A stretch of 64,000 bases of DNA from Bacillota bacterium. GTDB taxonomy: Bacteria; Bacillota; Clostridia; Christensenellales; CAG-138. The stretch lies in NCBI GenBank assembly GCA_016282255.1, contig JAEEKE010000030.1, positions 20,575 through 84,574 of the forward strand, given 5' to 3'. Below the pieces are notes generated by a model. That model saw nothing but the letters and a program-made list of their open reading frames with translations, was not told the origin of the DNA and made no database searches. A program made the position numbers and the translations under genes. Shown one piece after another: positions 15,801 to 21,530 of the stretch; position 1 is the stretch's first letter; each line of letters begins with the position of its first letter.

Positions 15801-17681
15801 TGGTTTACAGATGAATCGCTCGACCATATGTTTGACGACTCCACGAAGCTGACCGATGCGACCGTTCCCGCCGAACCCGTCTATGATAAGTCCGTTGACT
15901 TTACCGACGGCGATGGCGATCCCACCATTGATATGGACCCGTGGGGCCTTATCCCCGACGGTGTTACTCCGATCAACAAGGACGTCGACCGTTATTGGAT
16001 CACCCGCAAGCTCAACCTCTATGCCCGCTGGAGCAAGCTGATCCCCGGCGCGAGCGGTGTAGGTATCCTCTACAATGCAAACGGCGGCAGCAACGCTCCC
16101 TCGGATTCCCGCCTTTACAAGGACAATATCAAGGCAATCGCACAGGCAGCTTCCACTCCCAATAATACTGAAACTCAGAAGTTCATGTACTGGGTGATGC
16201 AGAAGTGGGATGGTGAGAAGTATGTTGACGCATACAAGGATGAGGTTGAAGAGGGCGCGGCACATGAGCTTATGATCATCTATCCCGGTGAGCGCTTCAC
16301 GGTCAAGCTCGATCTGGCCAAGCAGGAACCCCGTCTTGATGAAAACGATGTTCAGATGACCGATCCCATTACCGGCGACCCGCTTTGGATCTACACAGTC
16401 GAGCTCAAAGCGGTATACGGCGAAGTTGACACGCCTACCCCCACCCATATCTGGTGGTTTGCGAACAATGAGACCGATCAGGTCCAGAAGGATAACGATC
16501 TCCAGATCAACGAAGCCATCCTCATCCCCACTCCCGAAACCTTCGATTTCGGCGCTAAGGACGGTACGACCGGTCTTGTGTATGAGAATCACATCTTCCT
16601 CGGCTGGGCAAAGGTTACTGCACTCTCCGATAATCCTACCGATGACGAGATCGCTGCTCGTCAGAGCCAGATCGACGCTCTTGATGAAACCAAGCTCTTC
16701 CTCAGGTGGATCCCGGATGATCAGCTTGAGGCAGGCGGCAAGTACCAGGCTAAGTATCCTGTTGATTCGAACAACTGGGTCGATGTTACTGAGGTCGCTG
16801 CAAATGAGATCATGCCTTATGATGATATGATCGCGGTTTGGGGCTCTGTGTTCTATATTTATCACTCCGGTGATAAGTCTGTTGAGAAGGTCGTCTTTAC
16901 CAAGGCTAACAGTGAATTTGATCTCGCAGCCAGGACCACTGAAGGCTTCCTGTATGGCGGTTATTACACCGACTATGCCGGAATTGCCTCAACGTTCAGC
17001 GCTGAAACAGCAATTGAGTGGGAAGCTTTCGATCCTACTAAGATTGCCGATGGTTTCTACTTCCAGAACAAAAAGGTCGTTGACGGCGAAGAAGTCAAGT
17101 ATTTTGACGAAGCGTCCGGTGTCGCTGCTTATGACGGCAATACGGCCGGTGTTTGGAATTGGGCAGATGCAATCAAGGATGTAAAGGGTACCAAGGCTGC
17201 ACCCAAGGCCGGCGATACCTATTACATCAAGGAAGTCCCCGCTTCCAAGTATCTGCAGCCCTATCTGCACTATACCTATGATCTCGGTTCCGGTTACATC
17301 TCCAAGATCTGGATCATTTCCGCGATCGACGATGGCAACTACAATCAGGCCGGTTTCGTGGTCATTGACAGCAGCAACAGAGCGAGTGTCTGCAATAACC
17401 TTTACATTAAGAGTGCTGAAGGCAATTACACCATCACGCTTAATGCGCAGACTGTCTTCTCCGGCAGAGGCGTGCAGCGCGGCTATCTTACCTACAAGGC
17501 CTATACCCCTGCATCCAACCTCACGGATAAAACAATCCTGAACTACTGGTTAACTCCTGATGGCGTGCTTGTAACCGGAACAACGAACCGCAAGGTTCTC
17601 ACTCCGACTCATATCGACAGTATCGGTGTAACGGATACCCCCTGCACATCGACGCTCGATAGGTACCAGCCTGCCAATTGA
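12873..17681 (+). CDS. Giant secreted protein (1602 aa) with multiple Listeria-Bacteroides (Flg_new/InlB-B-type) repeats; no recognisable wall anchor
   Basis: TTG start 8 nt after AAAGGAGG. Signal peptide MKKRFAKILSLALALIMVLSVLPTAALAQ. Repeated motifs GYTFGGWYTDEACT...LYAKW, GFVFDGWYVDKQCT...VYAKW, YEFGGWFTDESL and LFGGWSIDDP. Central Tyr/Asn-rich low-complexity segment (YYYYPEGYYSSSNNNDTN). No LPXTG, C-terminal TM, SLH or choline-binding motif seen. Confidence 0.85.
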   Translation: MKKRFAKILSLALALIMVLSVLPTAALAQTSGTRRASVLTDWADWIIGWIIPRPKPRPTYPAQTLSFEGRGGTLVSVDAPAGALPANTSLEINDTINATVLQDAYDRLADERGTVLKAVDISFLNSTGNEVEPRQAVTVTLSSDVIAELDEFTLVHFDCSADELGNSNVHMEVIEDCYVSGSTVTFEATDFSVYAVIGDPGASHDDARLTVNFRKLENNNGSIVNSIVTTVYVKNTDVYLGDGERVDTVQYIEDIVFDPGVGGTLGKGLLFGGWSIDDPEANPSGSNYGAAYDPNTKAYTIPGICEYIGGKAGTFKEGDVLDIYALIYKVYDITYEDQNGITLSSDIALMSLSASVADFTIKESYRPNDQVTNFEGWQVKEGSGYISDASAALPYPMGTSMKLSGDVVFSTVLAPGHWLVFEENGYGATYNAPIFIKSDEVSRKPRPDSEMVRPGYTFGGWYTDEACTDGNEYTFGQALDDRLVLYAKWTMAATADYTVIIWKQNIDRDGYDYVESIPMNGTTATAISPITPSGEHGVSVNNRTITYDGFTRWSYDTSKKIDPAGGTVFNVYFNRRTYTLLFQDYTYTRNNNGTYVYWPGGYLRVVSGNWWNTTVNYYYYPEGYYSSSNNNDTNEGDYGVGPSPVSGVNNNSTVTYYTAKNDNSAATYTAHRYSRSNNRTTVYSIEGYYEQAIISHFPIEGTNGITYDDGQRWDPVGSSTFTRVILSMELMPAENVTFYMNPGTKRPLKTMNYYVEALPGTTENTVTYGGKTFTLYKTVVARYNMVTEAEDFIEIKGYSHFAANPAFNDNGVALNDSSTDQSINLYYSRNVYNIIYLDGDYFNRYGSMSDGRPSDQGQFKVDPNIYFNADISAYGKGGASEYKPTTTGFVFDGWYVDKQCTTEAQFEKMPAGDKTVYAKWRLIEYRVFLKPNALVNGVRDSSLDWGDDDQATNFRIDYNGKVSLPTGHRFAYEFGGWFTDESLDHMFDDSTKLTDATVPAEPVYDKSVDFTDGDGDPTIDMDPWGLIPDGVTPINKDVDRYWITRKLNLYARWSKLIPGASGVGILYNANGGSNAPSDSRLYKDNIKAIAQAASTPNNTETQKFMYWVMQKWDGEKYVDAYKDEVEEGAAHELMIIYPGERFTVKLDLAKQEPRLDENDVQMTDPITGDPLWIYTVELKAVYGEVDTPTPTHIWWFANNETDQVQKDNDLQINEAILIPTPETFDFGAKDGTTGLVYENHIFLGWAKVTALSDNPTDDEIAARQSQIDALDETKLFLRWIPDDQLEAGGKYQAKYPVDSNNWVDVTEVAANEIMPYDDMIAVWGSVFYIYHSGDKSVEKVVFTKANSEFDLAARTTEGFLYGGYYTDYAGIASTFSAETAIEWEAFDPTKIADGFYFQNKKVVDGEEVKYFDEASGVAAYDGNTAGVWNWADAIKDVKGTKAAPKAGDTYYIKEVPASKYLQPYLHYTYDLGSGYISKIWIISAIDDGNYNQAGFVVIDSSNRASVCNNLYIKSAEGNYTITLNAQTVFSGRGVQRGYLTYKAYTPASNLTDKTILNYWLTPDGVLVTGTTNRKVLTPTHIDSIGVTDTPCTSTLDRYQPAN

Positions 17682-17713
17682 CGGCAGTTGAACATTAGAA
17701 AGAGGTAAAACAA

Positions 17714-17998
17714 ATGGCTAAAACATATTTTACTTTCCCTAAGATTCTCTTTGGTGGTTTAGGTGATATCGGCGATGCTACCGAACCTGCTCAGACCGGT
17801 CAGGGTACCACTGACCCCTATCCCTGCAGCTTTGCTGACTGGCAGCATCTGTTTGGAACGGATCTCAACAACGATGGCAACATCGATGAAGATGATTACT
17901 TGATTTGGTGGAACAATCAGAACTATACCAATGATGATTGGTCGAGGGTAAACCCCGGTTCAACGTTTCCGCCGTCCACCCCTCCCAACGAACCGTAA
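17714..17998 (+). CDS. Small acidic Trp-rich protein (94 aa) with a single EF-hand/dockerin-like Ca-binding loop
   Basis: SD AGAGG lies 8 nt upstream. There is no signal peptide. Motif DLNNDGNIDEDDYLIWWNN matches DxNxDGxIDxxD followed by hydrophobics. Pro-rich C-terminus STFPPSTPPNEP. Followed directly by a hairpin. Confidence 0.7.
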   Translation: MAKTYFTFPKILFGGLGDIGDATEPAQTGQGTTDPYPCSFADWQHLFGTDLNNDGNIDEDDYLIWWNNQNYTNDDWSRVNPGSTFPPSTPPNEP

Positions 17999-18006
17999 CA
18001 ACAAGA

Positions 18007-18034
18007 AAGCGGGGGCTTTGTCCCCCGCTTTTCC
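18007..18034 (+). terminator. GC-rich hairpin with short U tract (intrinsic terminator/attenuator)
   Basis: AAGCGGGGG-CTTTGT-CCCCCGCTT (9-bp stem) followed by only about 4 T. The next gene starts 13 nt later without its own promoter or SD. Confidence 0.7.
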
Positions 18035-18046
18035 TAAGAAAAAAGC

Positions 18047-18811
18047 ATGCAACGCAACATGATCTTCCGCGTAAAGTATGCGGGACACGAACTCAGATAT
18101 CTGTTTCATTATGATGAAACGAGGTACAATTTCAGAGATTATGCTTATTTTTGTCGTGATGACGAATACGATATCTGTGCATCAAATGAGGTCATAGAAC
18201 CTGTGCGAAGAATACTCCCCGCAGATGCGTCTGAAGGCTACATCGAGTACAGGGCAATGATTTCTATAACCGCACGGGAGCTGCTGCGATTCGGGGCTTG
18301 CATCTTTCATTCCGTTGCGTTCGTGTACAGGGGCCGGGCATGGCTGCTGACGGCGCCGAGCGGGGTCGGGAAGACGACGCAGTTTCTGAACTGGCAGAGG
18401 CAGCATCCCGGCGAGATCGAGATGATCTGCGGGGATATGCCCGTGCTCGCGCCCGAAGCGGACGGGCGGATACACGTCTATTCAACGAGCTGGTGCGGCA
18501 AGGAGAACATGGGCAATAAGGAGCTGACCGCGCCGCTTGCGGGCATCGTTTTGCTTGAGCAGGGCTCGGAGAATCAACTCTCTCCCCTGCCTCCCGCCGA
18601 CTGCGTGATGCCGTTTTTCAGGCAGTTCGTGGTACTTCCGGAGACCGAGGAGCAATGCCTTGCATTGACCGGTTTGATGAGCAAGGTGCTTGAAAGCGTG
18701 CCCGTGTGGAAGCTCGTCAATCTCGGCGACGCCGCTTCAACCGAAATGCTTCGTGATGCGTTTAATACTATGATGGATGGACCGATCGGAGGCGCAAATG
18801 ACCCGCTATAA
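18047..18811 (+). CDS. HPr-kinase-C-terminal-like P-loop protein (HprK-related kinase)
   Basis: 254 aa. Walker A LLTAPSGVGKTTQF embedded in a fold-sized (~250 aa) protein, as in HprK-related kinases of PqqD-containing cassettes. No SD upstream. Its 3' end overlaps the PqqD gene by 14 nt. Confidence 0.6.
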   Translation: MQRNMIFRVKYAGHELRYLFHYDETRYNFRDYAYFCRDDEYDICASNEVIEPVRRILPADASEGYIEYRAMISITARELLRFGACIFHSVAFVYRGRAWLLTAPSGVGKTTQFLNWQRQHPGEIEMICGDMPVLAPEADGRIHVYSTSWCGKENMGNKELTAPLAGIVLLEQGSENQLSPLPPADCVMPFFRQFVVLPETEEQCLALTGLMSKVLESVPVWKLVNLGDAASTEMLRDAFNTMMDGPIGGANDPL

Positions 18812-19088
18812 AACACGCCCGGGCGTGGTACTGACGGCGATCTGCGGCAAGCAGATCCTTGTGGCCACGAAGACCGCGCGCGAATCCTGCCCCTACGTGA
18901 CCGAGATCAACGAGACCTCCGCTTTCCTTTGGGAGCGGCTTCGAGGCGGCGCGGATATCGATGCGCTGATGGACGCCGTGAATCGGGAATACGAGGTCGA
19001 GGATCCCGCGCTTGCGCGAAATGCCGTCCTCTCGTTCATCGGTCAGATGCTCGAGCTGAATTATCTCGAACAGACAGAACAAGAATAA
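18798..19088 (+). CDS. PqqD-family protein (RiPP-recognition-element-type peptide chaperone), copy 1
   Basis: The ORF track gives 18777..19088. The preferred ATG is 18798, with GGAGG 5 nt upstream. The ~96-aa sequence ...VTEINETSAFLWERLRGGADIDALMDAVNREYEVEDPALARNAVLSFIGQMLELNYL fits the PqqD pattern (N-T-a-IW-L, Y-V, D-V--F---L). Confidence 0.7.
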   Translation: MTRYKTRPGVVLTAICGKQILVATKTARESCPYVTEINETSAFLWERLRGGADIDALMDAVNREYEVEDPALARNAVLSFIGQMLELNYLEQTEQE

Positions 19089-19100
19089 CAGGAGCATTCT

Positions 19101-19442
19101 ATGAAAAGAAATGGTTTCAAAGCAGTATTTGTGGTCGCGGTTTGCTTTGTGATGATCCTTTCGATGATCGCTTTGCAGGCATGCCGCAAACAGCCGTCGT
19201 CCGGCGATAACACAGCCGAACCCGCTGCCGACAATGGCACGCCGATACCTGCGGTCGATATCACGCCCGATCCCGAAGTCACGGATGAAGTGCCCGACAC
19301 CGCTGTGCCCGATGTGACTCCCGACCCGACTATCGAGCTGACAGAGGATCCCAACGCGACTGACGACGGTCCGCATCTGATCGACAACGGTGATGATATC
19401 GTTATTGAGATCCCGTCCGGTCAGGGGTCCGGTGGCCTTTGA
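19101..19442 (+). CDS. Small acidic lipoprotein-like protein (Thr/Pro/Asp-rich)
   Basis: SD AGGAG lies 7 nt upstream. Signal peptide with lipobox-like IALQAC. The mature part is low complexity (TPDPEVTDEVPDTAVPDVTPDPT). Its stop TGA overlaps the next ATG (TGATG). Confidence 0.65.
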   Translation: MKRNGFKAVFVVAVCFVMILSMIALQACRKQPSSGDNTAEPAADNGTPIPAVDITPDPEVTDEVPDTAVPDVTPDPTIELTEDPNATDDGPHLIDNGDDIVIEIPSGQGSGGL

Positions 19443-20674
19443 TGCTGGTTTCGGATAAAAGCGCAAATATTTTGCTCAATGCCCTGAGATGCTCTCTTCG
19501 AGGCATTGAGTTTGGTTTTGATGAGCCGATCGACGCCGCAGAATGGTATCGCCTCTTTCATATTGCCGAGGAGCACCGCGTACTGCCGCTGTTTACGGAC
19601 GCTGTGTACGACAGCAAGGCGCTGAAGGAGTATCCCAAGCTTCAGAAGCGCTTTATCGATGCCGCGACCGCCGAGACGATTACCCAGGCGCGGCGCACCG
19701 GCGAATTCCTGGAGTTTTTTCGCGATCTGCTGTCGCGCGGGCTCAGGCCCGTCGTTCAGAAGGGCATTATTTGCCGAAGCATCTACCCCGTTCCCGATCA
19801 GCGCGGCTCGGTCGATGAGGATCTGCTGATAGAACCGGATGATTTTCGGAAATATGCCGACGCGATGGCCGAGCTCGGGCTGAAGCGGATTGATATCAAC
19901 ACCGATCAGACGATGGAATCGGCTTATAAGGACGATTCCCGCGGGCTTTACATAGAGCTGCACTGCTCGGCCTTCTCCGAGGATTCGGAGGCTTACGGCG
20001 ACTGCAACGCACCCTTCAACGGCGCGCTCGAACGCGCTGTCAGCATCGAATACATGGGTACGGAGCTCTTAACGCTTTCGCCGAGTGATCATCTGCTGTA
20101 TCTGATCCTGCATGCCTACAAGCATTTTCTGCACGGCGGATTCGGCATAAGGCAGGTCATGGACATCTGTCTGTTTGCGCAGCGGTATGCGGACGAGATC
20201 GGGTTTGACGGCGTGCTCGGATGGCTTTTAAAACTGAAGCTCGAGCGCTTCTCCGCGGCGATTTTCCGGATCGGCGAGAAGCATTTCGAGATCCCGATGC
20301 CCGAGGCTTTCGCGAAGTTCGATGACGACGAATGCCCGCTGCTGAACGATATCCTGACCGGAGGGCTGTACGGCGTTGCCGACGTTAACCGTATGCACTC
20401 GGTCACGCTGACGCTCGACGCAGCCGCCGCATCGAAGCACGGCCAGCACAGGAGCGTGCTCGGCTCCGTTTTCAGGCCCGCAAAGGAGCTTGCCGGCCGG
20501 TATCCGTACCTGCGCCGCCGCCCGTGGCTGCTGCCCGTTGCATGGGTGCAGAGGGTGCACGGCTATCTGGTGAAGCGAAAGAAACAGAGCAGCGTCGATC
20601 CCGCGGAATCTATCCGCATCGGCAAGGAGAGGATCGGACTGATGCGGCAATACGGGATCATCGACAGAGAGTAA
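19442..20674 (+). CDS. Uncharacterised nucleotidyltransferase family protein (NTP_transf_5-like), copy 1
   Basis: The ORF track gives 19439..20674 (TTG). An ATG at 19442 overlaps the preceding stop. Pattern ...VLPLF...LRPVVQKGIICRSIYPVPDQRGSVDEDLLIEPDDF...LHAYKHFLHGGFGIRQVMDI is typical of the PF14907-type family. Confidence 0.65.
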   Translation: MLVSDKSANILLNALRCSLRGIEFGFDEPIDAAEWYRLFHIAEEHRVLPLFTDAVYDSKALKEYPKLQKRFIDAATAETITQARRTGEFLEFFRDLLSRGLRPVVQKGIICRSIYPVPDQRGSVDEDLLIEPDDFRKYADAMAELGLKRIDINTDQTMESAYKDDSRGLYIELHCSAFSEDSEAYGDCNAPFNGALERAVSIEYMGTELLTLSPSDHLLYLILHAYKHFLHGGFGIRQVMDICLFAQRYADEIGFDGVLGWLLKLKLERFSAAIFRIGEKHFEIPMPEAFAKFDDDECPLLNDILTGGLYGVADVNRMHSVTLTLDAAAASKHGQHRSVLGSVFRPAKELAGRYPYLRRRPWLLPVAWVQRVHGYLVKRKKQSSVDPAESIRIGKERIGLMRQYGIIDRE

Positions 20675-20679
20675 CACTA

Positions 20680-20706
20680 AAGCATCCGCAGCTGCGGATG
20701 CTTTTC
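20680..20706. terminator. Bidirectional intrinsic terminator (perfect palindrome)
   Basis: AAGCATCCGCAGCTGCGGATGCTT followed by TTTC. Lies between convergent genes ending at 20674 (+) and 20747 (-). Confidence 0.75.
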
Positions 20707-20746
20707 AGTTTGGAAAAGGATGTTCCTTTTCTTATTCTTATGCTTT

Positions 20747-21025
20747 TCACCAGGTCTGCTGCCTGAGCTGCGCCATATCCTGCTGCGCGGTCGCGATCTC
20801 CTGCTGCTGAGCGGGCTTGGTCTTGTAGAGATTGCGCTGCTTCATCTGCTCGAAGATCGCAAACTGATCCTCCGAGCATTCGCTCATGCAGTCGATAAGC
20901 AGGCTGCGAAGCTGCATGCAGCCGCTTTCGGTGCAGTTTTCGGCATACTGCTTGACAGCAGCCCTTTCGCTGTGGAGCATATCGGTCAGAAGCTCCTGTT
21001 CGTTCATGGATGAATTTTGCATCAT
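20747..21025 (-). CDS. Spore coat protein F-like (Coat_F domain)
   Basis: 92 aa. NEQELLTDMLHSERAAVKQYAENCTES...LRSLL matches the CotF-family helix pattern. Confidence 0.7.
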   Translation of the reverse strand: MMQNSSMNEQELLTDMLHSERAAVKQYAENCTESGCMQLRSLLIDCMSECSEDQFAIFEQMKQRNLYKTKPAQQQEIATAQQDMAQLRQQTW

Positions 21026-21037
21026 TAGTGTTCCTCC

Positions 21038-21427
21038 TTATTTCCCGGAATCGAGATAGCCCTTAAGAGCATCGAAGTGCCTGCGATGATGCTCCGCCGC
21101 GTTTGAGGCAAGGCTCCGAAGCTGCGGGTCGTTGAAATAGCTTGCGTATACATGGCATTTCTTGTACAGCAGCGCTTCGGAATGCATCTCATCCTGCAGG
21201 ATCGAAAGATCCTTTGTGTCCATGCTGCAGTTGGTTCCCATGCCTGCAGCCGTCTCCGTGTTCCAGTTCATCCTGCCCGCATAACCGGAATTGTTCGTTC
21301 CGCTTCGCCGCTCCGCGCCTGAGACTCGATTCCCCGAGGTTTCGCTGCCCGAGCCGCAGCAGGAGTTGTTTGAACGGAAGAACGGATCGGCATAGCTTGA
21401 ATCATTGCCTTTGTTCGTGTTCTGCAT
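21038..21427 (-). CDS. Spore coat protein F-like with Gly/Ser/Asn-rich N-terminus
   Basis: 129 aa. The C-terminal half DLSILQDEMHSEALLYKKCHVYASYFNDPQLRSLASNAAEHHRRHFDAL is Coat_F-like. Confidence 0.6.
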   Translation of the reverse strand: MQNTNKGNDSSYADPFFRSNNSCCGSGSETSGNRVSGAERRSGTNNSGYAGRMNWNTETAAGMGTNCSMDTKDLSILQDEMHSEALLYKKCHVYASYFNDPQLRSLASNAAEHHRRHFDALKGYLDSGK

Positions 21428-21530
21428 AATAATGCCCTCCGTGATGAGTTGTTGCAGTTTGCTTTGACTGCAAGCCTATTGTGCTCATTCAAGAAGGGCA
21501 TTATTCTGTTAAAATCTGGAAATCGGGCCG

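Noticed and set aside
17714-17998. Calling the 94-aa protein a dockerin
   Set aside because: Only one Ca-binding loop is present, whereas type I dockerins have two 22-aa repeats. There is no signal peptide, and no cohesin-like partner was recognised. It is kept only as 'dockerin/EF-hand-like loop'.
862-20674. Classical lasso-peptide gene cluster (AsnB-like protein as cyclase, PqqD as B1, HprK-like kinase, NTase, McjD-like exporter)
   Set aside because: The AsnB-like gene is 16 kb away, on the other strand, inside the EPS operon. I found no transglutaminase-like B2 protease. I found no 30-60-aa precursor ORF with a Thr at -2 and a Gly/Ala/Ser/Cys at +1 in the intergenic regions read by eye. 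The ORF track excludes ORFs under 60 aa, so a dedicated small-ORF or RODEO scan is still needed.
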